A DNA stretch of 64,000 nucleotides from the NCBI GenBank assembly GCA_963675595.2, contig CAXXLZ010000002.1:1696001-1760000 (forward strand), read 5' to 3'. Origin of the DNA: Thermodesulfobacteriota bacterium. GTDB lineage: Bacteria > Desulfobacterota > Desulfarculia > JACQYL01. This document shows, piece after piece, positions 16,555-26,762 of this stretch; the first letter of the stretch is position 1, and every line of letters starts with the position of its first letter. Below the pieces are notes generated by a model. The model ran no database searches. It was not told the DNA's origin and was given only the letters and a program-made list of their open reading frames with translations. Both the position numbers and the translations under genes were made by a program.

Positions 16555-17337
16555 TCACATCCACATGGCGATGGCCGCCATGATGCCAAGGCCCATGGCC
16601 AGCAGCCAGAATTTGGACCAACGCCGATCCGGGGAGGCGAACTCCTCCACGATGATGTCCAAGGAAGCAATGTAGACAAAGGTCCCTGCGGCCAACCCGT
16701 CGAAGACGCCTTCAAACATCCTTTCCCCGCTCCCCGTGAGCAACGCTTCGAACGCCACGCCCAAGAGCACGCCCAACGGAGTCATCATGCTGAAGAATAT
16801 GATGCCCCGAAAAGCGGCCTTGTGGCTCAGACCGTTTCGCACCAGGCTCACCGCGAGGGCGAAAGCCGCGGACCCTTTGTGGGCCACGATGGCCAGGAAG
16901 ATCACCAGGGACCCGGTAATGGTGTCGTCGGATCCCAAGGCCGCTCCGGCCAGCACGGAATGGATGGACAAAGCCGTGGTCAATGCCAGAACGGACACGG
17001 AACTCTTGTGAGCCGAGGCGGAGATCTCGTCTTCGAGACTCGCCGACGCCAGGAGCACCCTTTCCAGAAAAAGAATCATGATACACCCCGACGCGGCCAG
17101 CATGGCCGCCAGGGGATAGTCCAGGTGCGGCAGTGTTTCCGCAAAGGCCGCCGTGGAATCCGGAAGCAGGTGAATCAATCCGGCGCCCAGGAAGACGCCG
17201 CCCGCGAGAGCGCTTCCCAAAGAAAAGAACAGCCCCGCCTTGGCGGTCTTTTCCAGACGGAGTGCGGCCGAACCGCCGCAGAGCCCCACCAGGAAGATGC
17301 CCACCATGAAGGCCAGCTTGATTTCAACATTGCTCAC
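16555..17337 (-). CDS. ZIP-family zinc/metal transporter
   Basis: GGVFLGAGLIHLLPD, ALSIHSVLAG, AIVAHK, LAAGTFVYIA; GTG start inferred. Confidence 0.9.
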   Translation of the reverse strand: MSNVEIKLAFMVGIFLVGLCGGSAALRLEKTAKAGLFFSLGSALAGGVFLGAGLIHLLPDSTAAFAETLPHLDYPLAAMLAASGCIMILFLERVLLASASLEDEISASAHKSSVSVLALTTALSIHSVLAGAALGSDDTITGSLVIFLAIVAHKGSAAFALAVSLVRNGLSHKAAFRGIIFFSMMTPLGVLLGVAFEALLTGSGERMFEGVFDGLAAGTFVYIASLDIIVEEFASPDRRWSKFWLLAMGLGIMAAIAMWM

Positions 17338-17534
17338 AAACGCCCCCCTTTTGCTCCCAAGGTCCATTCCCGATGCATGGAACCATGGTATCATATTTCA
17401 GGGTTCGATCCGACGGAATCGGCTTCCCGGCGTCCGGATCCTTCCATCTTCAACGCCTTCGCCTCGGCCGGGCTTGACACGTCCGGAACAACCGCCTATT
17501 GAACAAGAGCTTTCCCTCAACCCACGGTGATTCT

Positions 17535-18980
17535 ATGACTGGGCCCTCCCCCACACCTTCTCCCCCATCGGCCGGCAAATGGTGGATCGCCACCGGCATA
17601 GGCCTCGGCGTGCTCATGGCCACGGTGGACGCGAGCATTGTGAACGTTTCCCTGCCCACGGTGGCGCAATCCCTACACGCCGACTTCGCCGCGGTGCAAT
17701 GGGTGATCCTGAGCTATATCCTGATGCTGACCTCGCTCCTGCTCAGCATGGGCAGGCTCGGAGACCTGTTCGGCAAGAGACGCATCTACCTGCTGGGTCT
17801 CGCAGTGTTCACCACCGGATCTTTTCTGTGCGGAGCGGCCCCGACCGTGGGGTGGCTCACCGGCTTCCGTGCTTTCCAGGGAGTGGGCGCCGCCATGATG
17901 CAGGGGCTGGGCGCCGCCATCCTCACGGAGAGCTTCCCTCCGTCGGAACGCGGCAAGGCGCTGGGAATCATGGGAGCGGTGGTTTCCGTGGGCCTGGCCA
18001 TGGGTCCTCCCCTGGGCGGCATGATTATCGGACTGGCCGGCTGGCGGTGGATCTTCTACGTCAACGTTCCTCTAGGGTTCCTGGCGTGGATGGTTACGAT
18101 GCGGAACGTGCCCGAATCCGCCCCCCATGAAGGTTCCAAACGTTTCGACGCCGCCGGCGCCCTGCTCCTGCTGATGTTCTTGTGCAGTTACGCCGTGGCC
18201 ATGACCATGGGTCAGCGATGGGGGTATGCGAACGGCAAGACGCTCCTGTTCCTGGCCGCCGGCGTGATCTTTCTGGCTTCTTTCGTCATGGTGGAAAAAC
18301 GAATCCAAGCGCCCATGGTGGACCTCAATCTTTTCCGGAACGCCCTGTTCAGTCTGAATCTGCTCATGGGCCTGTTCGTCTTCATCGTTTTGGGCGGAAC
18401 GGTGATCCTTCCCTTCTATTTGGAACTCGTCCGACATTATCCCACCGAAAAGGTCGGACTGTTCATGGTGGTGGTTCCACTGACCATGGGCGCAATCGCG
18501 CCCGTGTCCGGAACTCTTTCCGACCATTGGGGTTCCCGCGGCATCAGTATCGCCGGACTGCTCGTGGTGGTGGTGGGTTGCCTCGCCTTGAACGGGCTGA
18601 CCACGCAAACCACCGGATGGGAATACATCCTTCGCATCATCCCTTTGGGCGTGGGTTTGGGATTGTTCCTTTCCCCCAACAACAGCGCCATCATGGGGGC
18701 CGCCCCCACAAAGCACCTCGGGGTGGCCTCGGGCCTCCTTTCCCTGTCCCGCACTTTGGGTCACGCTTCGGGCGTTCCCCTCATGGGAGCCGTTTTTTCC
18801 GCTCAAACGCTGGCCGTTGCGGGGCTTCCAGCCGGCTCGGACACCATCAGAGCCCCGGTATCCGCCATGGCGCGGGGGGTCGCCCATACGTTCGGCTTCG
18901 GCGCCGCCCTGGTGCTGCTTCCCACTTTGCTGGCCGTGGCGGCGTGGATCATCGACCGAAGGAACGGTGTCCGCGACTGA
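17535..18980 (+). CDS. MFS transporter, DHA2 (EmrB/QacA) family
   Basis: MATVDASIVNVSLP, GRLGDLFGKRR, FRAFQGVG, WRWIFYVNVPLG; ~14 TM. Confidence 0.92.
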   Translation: MTGPSPTPSPPSAGKWWIATGIGLGVLMATVDASIVNVSLPTVAQSLHADFAAVQWVILSYILMLTSLLLSMGRLGDLFGKRRIYLLGLAVFTTGSFLCGAAPTVGWLTGFRAFQGVGAAMMQGLGAAILTESFPPSERGKALGIMGAVVSVGLAMGPPLGGMIIGLAGWRWIFYVNVPLGFLAWMVTMRNVPESAPHEGSKRFDAAGALLLLMFLCSYAVAMTMGQRWGYANGKTLLFLAAGVIFLASFVMVEKRIQAPMVDLNLFRNALFSLNLLMGLFVFIVLGGTVILPFYLELVRHYPTEKVGLFMVVVPLTMGAIAPVSGTLSDHWGSRGISIAGLLVVVVGCLALNGLTTQTTGWEYILRIIPLGVGLGLFLSPNNSAIMGAAPTKHLGVASGLLSLSRTLGHASGVPLMGAVFSAQTLAVAGLPAGSDTIRAPVSAMARGVAHTFGFGAALVLLPTLLAVAAWIIDRRNGVRD

Positions 18981-19096
18981 CGCCGCGCCTCTGTTCCATT
19001 GTCGGTCATGATTCGGGGGAGAAGCAACGCTCCCCCGAAAACCCTGCGAATAAGAACCGTTTCCGTGAAATCGACTCCCCGTCCCCCGCTCGTTTG

Positions 19097-19314
19097 AAAT
19101 GAGCATTCAGAGGGGTATCCGAGGGAACCCTTTTTAACAACTTTAGGCATCTTAGCATGTTGGACGGTACATACTGCTCGTTTTGCAAATTTCCTAAGCG
19201 ATTCGCACGATCGAAACGGGGGTCCGTTCCTTCCGGGACGAAGCCGAGCTTGGGAACCTCTTTGCCGATTCAGCAGATGTAACAAGCGTTGGGAATGAGT
19301 GAGGAAACGTGAAT
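19097..19314. repeat. Dispersed intergenic repeat, family 2
   Basis: Near-identical ~110-bp block with 32935-33040 (CGAAACGGGGGTCCGTTC.TTCCGGGACGAAGCCGA...GATTCAGCAGATGTAA). Confidence 0.8.
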
Positions 19315-19489
19315 GCATACCGTTTGAAATCCCCCCCGACGCAGCCCGTAATCCGGGCCCAAACCCGAGGCTTGACTTCTCCGAAGGGACCATGATAGGG
19401 GATCGTGGACTGAATGAGCACTCATTTTCTATCGTGGAGACTTACCGGCATCGAGAGCGTCATCTCGGCCGTCTTACAAGGAGTTGGAC

Positions 19490-20641
19490 ATGGCACAAAT
19501 TCCGTTTTACGAAGTCAACGAGGCCATCGTTGCCATGGGGGGAGAGGACCTCAACCTTTGTATGCAGTGCGGAACCTGCTCGGGAACCTGTCCCTGGCGT
19601 CTTGTGGACGGGGAATTCTTTACCCGGCAAATGATCCGCATGGGTCAACTCGGCCTGGAAGGGTACGAATCCGACGATATTCTGTACGGCTGCACCACCT
19701 GCGGCCTCTGTCCCGAAAGATGCCCTCGCGGAGTCAAGATCATCGACGTGATGCGCGCCATGCGAAGCCTGATCGCCGAGGCGGGCGCCATCCCCGCCGG
19801 TTTGAAGACGGTCCTGGGAAGCGTCCACGGTAAAGGCAACCCCTGGTCCGAAGACCGCGAAAAGCGCGTATCCTGGACCGAGGGTCTGGATGTCCCCACT
19901 TTCTCCGAAGGCATGGAATATTTCCTTTCCATATGCTGTACTTCGGCTTACGATGTTCGCTCCCGGAAGATCGCCAAAGCCCTGGCGGGTATCCTGAACA
20001 CGGCCGGCGTCGGATACGGCATCATCGGCAACGAGGAAAGCTGTTGCGCCGAATCGGTCCGCAAGATCGGGGACGAAGAGTTGTTCGGAAAGATGGTGGA
20101 AAAGAATTCCCAGCTGCTCTCCGACCGAGGCGTGAAGCGGATGATCGTCAATTCTCCTCACTGCTTGTACACCTATCGGGAAGAATATCCCGCTATGGGT
20201 GGAGAATTCGAGCCGCGCCACCACACGGAAATCATTGCCGAGCTCATTGAATCCGGGAAGATCAAATTGGAAAAACCGATGGAAGCCAAGATCACTTTCC
20301 ATGATCCTTGTTACCTGGGCAGACACAGCGGGCTTTATGACGTACCCCGCAAGATTATCCAGGCGATCCCCGGCGCCGAACTGGTGGAAATGGGAAGAAA
20401 TCGGCATAACAGCCTCTGCTGCGGGGCCGGAGGCGGCCGTCTGTGGATGGAAACCGCCCCGGAACAACGTTTTTCCGACCTGAGAGTTCGAGAGGCGGCC
20501 GCCACCGGCGCCCAAATCCTCGCCACGGCGTGTCCCTACTGCGTCAGTATGCTCGAGGACAGCCTCAAGTCCACCAACCTGGAAGACACGCTAAAGGTGA
20601 TGGATGTGGCCGAACTGACGGCCTCCTGCATGGGACTCTGA
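19490..20641 (+). CDS. HdrD-like (Fe-S)-binding CCG-domain oxidoreductase
   Basis: CMQCGTCSGTCP, CTTCGLCPERCP, ESCCA, FHDPCYLGR, LCCGAGGG, TACPYC. Confidence 0.92.
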   Translation: MAQIPFYEVNEAIVAMGGEDLNLCMQCGTCSGTCPWRLVDGEFFTRQMIRMGQLGLEGYESDDILYGCTTCGLCPERCPRGVKIIDVMRAMRSLIAEAGAIPAGLKTVLGSVHGKGNPWSEDREKRVSWTEGLDVPTFSEGMEYFLSICCTSAYDVRSRKIAKALAGILNTAGVGYGIIGNEESCCAESVRKIGDEELFGKMVEKNSQLLSDRGVKRMIVNSPHCLYTYREEYPAMGGEFEPRHHTEIIAELIESGKIKLEKPMEAKITFHDPCYLGRHSGLYDVPRKIIQAIPGAELVEMGRNRHNSLCCGAGGGRLWMETAPEQRFSDLRVREAAATGAQILATACPYCVSMLEDSLKSTNLEDTLKVMDVAELTASCMGL

Positions 20642-20807
20642 TCTCGGGGAAGAGGAAACCGCCCTGCACCGTCCCGGGGAAATTCGGTATCTTTTTCCCG
20701 GGACCTACAAATAATGGGGATTACTTTCCCGAAAGATGGATCCCCGAACCTGAAAAAAGAACGCTGCGCGAGACCGAATCCTGCGAGGCACAGCGATTTC
20801 GGGAAGA

Positions 20808-20824
20808 TAGGCACGCATCTTGCA
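20808..20824 (+). promoter_or_regulatory. Sigma-54 (-24/-12) promoter
   Basis: AGGCACGCATCTTGCA gives GG-N10-GC, in an intergenic position. Confidence 0.7.
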
Positions 20825-21034
20825 TAAGTGTAATACAAAGGGCCTGAAGGCTGAAGCATTTGCATGAGAGTACACGAACTCCCGGAAATGTCGGAGTGGT
20901 AAGTGGTGCAATCGGAGAGCGTGGTGGATCTGAATTGTAACCCCGGGGACGGCCAGGTGATCTACCCGGCGACTTCGGGGAACACGGCAAACCTTCCCAG
21001 CACGGGAAGCAGGGTCGGACCGGAGAAGGGTCAG

Positions 21035-21187
21035 ATGGCCAAAGAAGAAAACGCTCTTGTCAGGGAAACGCTGGTCTGTCCCCGTTGCGGCATGAAAATT
21101 CTTTTCTGCCGCATGGACATCAAGCAGTTTCGCTGTGCCTGTGGGCGGGTGTTCTCATCCCACCCTCAGGAGATGCAAGAGAAGTAG
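21035..21187 (+). CDS. Small Zn-ribbon protein (50 aa)
   Basis: GGAG upstream; CPRCG...RCACG; could start further upstream (20903). Confidence 0.55.
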   Translation: MAKEENALVRETLVCPRCGMKILFCRMDIKQFRCACGRVFSSHPQEMQEK

Positions 21188-21400
21188 ATTTCGGCCGGAT
21201 CCGGCCGGTGACGGCCGGGAACAGCCGTCGGATTCCTCCCGCACTTTCCTCGAGTCGGCGGCGCCCCTCACTCTACTCGAGCGAAACAAGGAAGAACAGG
21301 CTTTCGACTCAACCTTCGCACCTCGCAGCCGATCCGTTTGTTTTCGACATCTTTCTCAATCCTTTCCATAAAATAGCCTCTCTCATCAAAGCGGGTTTAC

Positions 21401-22633
21401 ATGCAAGTCTCGAAGTTCATCGGTTTTGACGAGGCGTTACGGTTCGTCGTCGAAAACGTTCGCCCATCGAAGCCGGAAACGATCCCCCTTTCAGAAGGGG
21501 TCGGTTTCGTGATCGCCGAGGCCCTCCAGGCCCGTGTGAGCTGCCCTTCCCTGGCGTCTTCGTTAAAGGACGGTTACGCGGTGGTTTCCAAAGACGTGGA
21601 GAACGCTTCGGATGGGATTCCTTCGCGGCTTCGGGTGATCGGACGAATGGAAGCCGGAACCGGGGATCGTCTCTCCATCACCTCCGGACATGCCGTGGAA
21701 GTGACCACCGGAGCTCCCCTACCGGAGGGAGCGGACGCCGTTTTGGCGGTGGAGTTCACCCACCGAGAGGGCGACGAAATCAGCTGTTACCGCGACGCCG
21801 GCCCGGGGAGAAACATCCTCGCCGCCGGAGCCGATGCGGCGTTGGGTGAAATCGTGGCGATCAAGGGCACCCGCCTGACCCCGCCTCTGGTGGGCCTGGC
21901 CGCGGCCTCCGGCGTGGACCGTGTCTCCGTGTTCCCACGCCCCAAGGTGTCGGTACTGGCCACCGGAACGGAAATCGTGGCTCCGGGCCTGCCGTTGCGC
22001 CCGGGTCAGCTTTACGCGAGCAACATGGTGACCCTCCGTTCCTGGCTCAAGCAGTTCAATATGGAGTGTTCCTGCCTGATCGCTCCCGACGAGGCGGAAG
22101 CCATCCGCGACGCCGCCCGGCGAGCCGTTGAAGTTTCCGACGTATTGATTACCAGCGGCGGCGCCTGGAAGAGCGATCGCGACCTTACCGTCAATGTGCT
22201 TCGCGACATGGGTCTCGAACTCCTTTTCCGGCGAGTCCGCATGGGACCGGGCAAGGCGGCGGCTTTCGGATTCATCAAGGACACACCCGTCTTCTGCCTG
22301 CCCGGCGGTCCTCCTTCCAACGAGATGGCCTTCCTGCAGCTGGCGCTACCCGGACTCTTGGCCATGGCCGGCCTTCCCTCCGCACCTTTTTCAACACTCG
22401 AGGCGATTCTGACGGAAGAGGTGTCGGGCGACGAAGATTGGACCCAGTTCATCCACGCGGACTGGGTCGACCAAGATCGCCGGCGGCACGTGACGCCCAT
22501 TGGTCTGACCAGTCGGCTGCAGTCCCAGGCTCGGGCAACGGCCTTGATTCGCATCCCGGAGGGAACCACGAATTTCCGAAAAGGGGAGGAAATCGAAATC
22601 CAAATTTTGCATCGACCTATGGGTTTGTGCTAA
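21401..22633 (+). CDS. moeA: Molybdopterin molybdotransferase
   Basis: SLKDGYAV, TGAPLPEGADAV, ATGTEI, ITSGGA, MGPGK, LPGGP. Confidence 0.93.
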   Translation: MQVSKFIGFDEALRFVVENVRPSKPETIPLSEGVGFVIAEALQARVSCPSLASSLKDGYAVVSKDVENASDGIPSRLRVIGRMEAGTGDRLSITSGHAVEVTTGAPLPEGADAVLAVEFTHREGDEISCYRDAGPGRNILAAGADAALGEIVAIKGTRLTPPLVGLAAASGVDRVSVFPRPKVSVLATGTEIVAPGLPLRPGQLYASNMVTLRSWLKQFNMECSCLIAPDEAEAIRDAARRAVEVSDVLITSGGAWKSDRDLTVNVLRDMGLELLFRRVRMGPGKAAAFGFIKDTPVFCLPGGPPSNEMAFLQLALPGLLAMAGLPSAPFSTLEAILTEEVSGDEDWTQFIHADWVDQDRRRHVTPIGLTSRLQSQARATALIRIPEGTTNFRKGEEIEIQILHRPMGLC

Positions 22634-22726
22634 TTTTCTAAGTCACCCTAAAATTATTCGGCCGGTGTGAGGCGTTGCCTCAAGCTCGACACTGTAGTCC
22701 GGCCGACCCGTTGGGAGGCTGTTTTC

Positions 22727-23251
22727 GTGGTGCGTCCGTCCATAGTAGGCATCGTGGGCAAATCGGACTCGGGGAAGACCACCCTGATCGAAAAGCTCGT
22801 TCCGGAGCTGAACCGCAGGGGGCTGCGCGTGGGTACCGTCAAGCACGACGTCCACGGGTTCGAAATGGACAGGGAGGGGAAGGACAGCTATCGCCACAAG
22901 CATAGCGGGGCCCGAATCAGCCTCATTTCCTCCCCATCCCGCATCGGCATGGTACGGGACGTGGAGCGAGATCATACCGTGAAGGAACTGGCGGAACGGT
23001 ATTTCGACGACGTGGACCTGATTTTGACCGAGGGGTACAAAAGGGAGCACATGCCCAAGGTGGAAGTGCACCGAAAAGAACTGATGAGAGGCCTGTTGAG
23101 TTCGCCCGAGGACGGACTCATCGCTTTGGCCACGAACGAACCTTTGCGGGTGGAGGTCCCCTCCTTTGATTTGGAGGACGCCCCCGGTCTCACCCAATTC
23201 CTCATCGACTATTTCCAGCTGAAGTCGGGAGACTCGGATCATGAAAAGTAA
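22727..23251 (+). CDS. mobB: Molybdopterin-guanine dinucleotide biosynthesis protein B
   Basis: VGKSDSGKTTLIEKL, VKHDVHGFEMDREGKDS, LTEGYK. Confidence 0.93.
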   Translation: MVRPSIVGIVGKSDSGKTTLIEKLVPELNRRGLRVGTVKHDVHGFEMDREGKDSYRHKHSGARISLISSPSRIGMVRDVERDHTVKELAERYFDDVDLILTEGYKREHMPKVEVHRKELMRGLLSSPEDGLIALATNEPLRVEVPSFDLEDAPGLTQFLIDYFQLKSGDSDHEK

Positions 23252-23675
23252 GGAAGAAGGTACGCACTCTACAAAGGCCGATCCCGGTGGTTCTCCCGAC
23301 CCGGAACTCGCCGACGCGTTGCGCGCGAAAAGTCCGGATGGGAGAATCGGTTGCGCTCAGGCGTTCGACACGGCCCGGTCCACGGGTCGCTCCCCCGCCG
23401 TGGTGGGGAAGGCGCTGGACGACCTGGAAATCCGCATTACCCGCTGCCAACTGGGACTCTTCGGATACACGCCGAACAAGAAAGTGGTGGAACCGGCCGG
23501 GGAAGCTCTCCCGGATATTGAGAAGGACGTGCTGGCGGCGTTGGTAAACAATGCGCTTCCCTGCGGTCGAGCATGGGAGATCGCTTCGCTTCACCGCACA
23601 CCCAAAATGACGGTTTCCGCCGTGTGCGAGCGTCTGGGGATCAAAATCTCCCCTTGCCAACTTGGAGCTTTTTGA
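23241..23675 (+). CDS. Conserved hypothetical protein with two internal C...A..IA...I..CQLG repeats
   Basis: Duplicated motif RITRCQLGLF / KISPCQLGAF. Confidence 0.75.
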   Translation: MKSKEEGTHSTKADPGGSPDPELADALRAKSPDGRIGCAQAFDTARSTGRSPAVVGKALDDLEIRITRCQLGLFGYTPNKKVVEPAGEALPDIEKDVLAALVNNALPCGRAWEIASLHRTPKMTVSAVCERLGIKISPCQLGAF

Positions 23676-23788
23676 GCTACCAAGAGACGCTCCTTGGAAT
23701 GCGGACAGAGTGACGATCAGGAGATTCTCGGCCGGACTTTTCACTACACAACAACTGCGGATGAACTTCGACGCCGAGCGGTGAACGC

Positions 23789-25003
23789 ATGGAAATCAAC
23801 CCTGAACAAATAAAAAAAGCGGATATCGTTTTCTGTATCCCTTCCAGGAACCTTGCGGGTTCAATATTCAGAACCGCGGAAATCGCTTCCATCGGACTTG
23901 TAAATTATTTCGGGCACTTGAATTCCGTAATCGTCAACTGCGATTGGGGCTCCACGGATCGGACGCCGGACCTCTTTTTGGAGGCGCCCACCGAAGTTCC
24001 CAAGATATCCCTTCGGCCCGAAGGGGGGATTACCAATCGCGGCGATTGCTTCAGGGAACTGTTCCGCAAGGCTCTGGATCTGGGAGCTACGGCCGTGTTG
24101 GTGGCGGGCGCCGCCTCTCGGAACCTCACTCCCGACTGGATTCACCAAATGGGCGCTCCCCTGCTGGATTCTTTCGAGTACGTGTCGCCCCTGTATGTCC
24201 GGCACAAGTATGACGGCTTGGTCAACAATAATCTGGTTTATCCCATGACCCGCGCCCTGTACGGAAGGAGGATCCGGCAGCCCATTGCCGGAGAATCCGC
24301 GTTCAGCGGGCGACTTGCGGAGTTGTTCCAGAAATGCAATGGTTGTGATCGGGACGGAATGGGTCCCGGGGTCGACCTGTGGATGGCCACCCTCGCCCTC
24401 AGCAGAAACGCCGCCTGTTGTCAGGCGTTCCTGGGTTGCCCCAAACCGGGCTCCTCTTCCGTGAACGGCGTCTATTCGGAATCGCTCTTCAGAGAGCTGG
24501 TGGAGACCATGTTCAACCTGATGATCGACAACGAGTCATTCTGGGAAAGAGTCAAATGGAGCAGGCCTACCGCTGTTTGGCGTAACGGGGGAAGCCGTCC
24601 GGAGCTCACTCCCCCCGAGCCTAAGGTGGAAGATCCCGATGAACTTTTCGACCGGTTCCGGGAAGCGTTCCCTCTTTATGCCGAATTATGGCGAAAAGTG
24701 TTCAAAGAAGATGTGCGCCGGGAACTGGATCACATCAGGGATTCACCCAAATCCCATGTGGAGTTCCCAGCCAACCTCTGGGCAAGAGTTCTTTTCGACT
24801 CCGCCGTGGCGTATCGGCAGAGCACGGAGATAAGGGATGAACTTGTGGCGTCCCTCCGCTTCCTTTATTTCGGGAAAGCATCCTCCTACATGAAACAAAC
24901 CGACCGCATGACTTCCGCACAGGCCGAATTGTTTGTGGAACAGGAGTGCGACGTCTTCGAGGAAGTCAAATCCTATCTCATCCGAAGGTGGAAAGGAGAC
25001 TAA
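23789..25003 (+). CDS. Glycosyltransferase family 2-like (glucosylglycerate-synthase-like) protein
   Basis: ADIVFCIPS, YVSPLYVRHKYDG, YPMTRALYG.RIRQPIAGE. Confidence 0.8.
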   Translation: MEINPEQIKKADIVFCIPSRNLAGSIFRTAEIASIGLVNYFGHLNSVIVNCDWGSTDRTPDLFLEAPTEVPKISLRPEGGITNRGDCFRELFRKALDLGATAVLVAGAASRNLTPDWIHQMGAPLLDSFEYVSPLYVRHKYDGLVNNNLVYPMTRALYGRRIRQPIAGESAFSGRLAELFQKCNGCDRDGMGPGVDLWMATLALSRNAACCQAFLGCPKPGSSSVNGVYSESLFRELVETMFNLMIDNESFWERVKWSRPTAVWRNGGSRPELTPPEPKVEDPDELFDRFREAFPLYAELWRKVFKEDVRRELDHIRDSPKSHVEFPANLWARVLFDSAVAYRQSTEIRDELVASLRFLYFGKASSYMKQTDRMTSAQAELFVEQECDVFEEVKSYLIRRWKGD

Positions 25004-25393
25004 ATGGCCAAGATACTCATCGTGGATGACGAAGAGCACATAAGGCTCCTCTATTCCGAAGAATTGAAAGAGGAAGGGTACGAGGTCATCACCGCCGACA
25101 GCGGGTACAAGCTCATCGAAACCATCCAGGAGCAAGAGCCGGATCTCGTGGTTCTCGACATCAAAATGGTCGATTACAACGGCCTGGACCTGCTTCAGGA
25201 TATTCGCAACAAGTACTATGATCTCCCGGTGGTCCTTTGTACCGCCTATGATGCCTTCAAAGAGGACATCAAGAGCGTGGCGGCCGACTTCTATGTCGTC
25301 AAGTCCTTCGACTTGACCGAACTGAAACAGAAGATCGCCAAGGCTTTGGAGGCGAGAATCCCGGCGCCCACGCCTGAAGAGAAGGAAAAGTAA
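25004..25393 (+). CDS. Single-domain response regulator
   Basis: KILIVDDE, DLVVLDIKM, CTAY, YVVKS. Confidence 0.93.
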   Translation: MAKILIVDDEEHIRLLYSEELKEEGYEVITADSGYKLIETIQEQEPDLVVLDIKMVDYNGLDLLQDIRNKYYDLPVVLCTAYDAFKEDIKSVAADFYVVKSFDLTELKQKIAKALEARIPAPTPEEKEK

Positions 25394-25396
25394 TCC

Positions 25397-26476
25397 TTAT
25401 TGCGGCAGGTAGGAAAACATGGTCAGTCCACCGAAAAAGAAGATCAAGTTGGCCAGCCAAGCCGCGAACATGGGAGGAAGCAACCCCGAATGGCCTAAGG
25501 ACAACGCCAGGCTGAGCAGGACCCAATAGGTGAAGGCGAGTCCGATGCTCATGCCGACTCCGGCAGCCACCGCTGCTCCTCCCCGTTGACGAAGGGCAAG
25601 GGCAAACCCGGTCAAGGTCATGATGACGCAAACAAACGGAAGGGCGACCTTGGCGTCCAAATCCACAACGTATTTTGATGCGTCATAGCCGTCGCTCTCG
25701 ATTTTTTGTATGTAGCTTTTCAGCTCGGTGAAGCTCAACTCTTCCGGGTTTCGGATGATGTGGCGAAAATCGTCGGGTTTTTCGTGGAGGTTGAGCCTCA
25801 GCTGCGCGAATTTCTCGGAATGCATCGCACCATCCCGTTCCAGATTCTGTTTGAGCCCCTCATAGAAAACCCAATCGTTGCCGTCCCATCGAGCTTCCCG
25901 CGCATCGATTCGTTGCGTCAGTCCGAAAGGTTGCCCAAATCGGTATAGCGTCACGCCTTTGAGCGCTTGGGTCGCTTGGTCGTACAGCGTCACATGGTAG
26001 ATGACGTCCCGGCCCCTGTACCAGAAACGCTCGTTCCGAAAGAACGTGTTCAAGGGGCGTTTCTGCACTTCGATGTTCCAGATGTGGTTCATCCGCCGGC
26101 TTGCCGCGGGCAACACATTTTCGTTCAGAAAAAACATGCCGAAAGAAAGGCAAAGGCTCACGAGCAGATAGGGCACGAAGAGACGATATAGACTGATGCC
26201 GTTGCCCCTGAAAACGACGATCTCACGATTCCGCGCCATTGCACTCAAAGAGAGAATGGCACCCATGAGGATCGCCGCGGGCGTGAGTTGCTGAATCATC
26301 AAAGGAAGCTTGAGTATCAGGAATTCGCCCAACCGCCAGAGAGATACCTTCGCTTCAATGAAATTGTCCACAATCTCAAAGAAATCCACCAGGACATAGA
26401 TGCAGATAAACGCGGCCATGCAGAGACCGAACAGCTTCAGCAGCTCATGCACCAGATATCTGGAAATCACATTCAC
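25397..26476 (-). CDS. lptG: LPS export ABC transporter permease
   Basis: YjgP/YjgQ pattern: ISRYL, MARNREIVVFRGNGISL, PEELSFTEL, LPPMFAAWLAN. Confidence 0.88.
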   Translation of the reverse strand: MNVISRYLVHELLKLFGLCMAAFICIYVLVDFFEIVDNFIEAKVSLWRLGEFLILKLPLMIQQLTPAAILMGAILSLSAMARNREIVVFRGNGISLYRLFVPYLLVSLCLSFGMFFLNENVLPAASRRMNHIWNIEVQKRPLNTFFRNERFWYRGRDVIYHVTLYDQATQALKGVTLYRFGQPFGLTQRIDAREARWDGNDWVFYEGLKQNLERDGAMHSEKFAQLRLNLHEKPDDFRHIIRNPEELSFTELKSYIQKIESDGYDASKYVVDLDAKVALPFVCVIMTLTGFALALRQRGGAAVAAGVGMSIGLAFTYWVLLSLALSLGHSGLLPPMFAAWLANLIFFFGGLTMFSYLPQ

Positions 26477-26762
26477 TTGCTTCCTCCAGCCGGCAGGTTA
26501 TATCACGATTGTTCCGCCATACCAATCCTCCTTGGGCGTGTGTGGCGGAAGCTCGGGAAAGGCAACGCGGATCAAACGCCTCCGTAAGAGGCGCAGGAGT
26601 TTGTAGCCGAAGATATCCGCGGGAGGCGATCTCCGGCATTGTTCGAGACAGGCCTGATGGGTGCGGCGAATCCCGAAAGATCGTCGGCCGACGGGGCCTC
26701 GAATGCCAATGAATTCCCCCGATCCGGGGGCTTGCGATTACCAAAGCGGAACGGACAAGAAT

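Noticed and set aside
20835-21030. Possible cobalamin or c-di-GMP riboswitch in the leader
   Set aside because: Only short fragments (GGCAAACC, GGGAAG) resemble the consensus; the full architecture is not evident without an Rfam scan.
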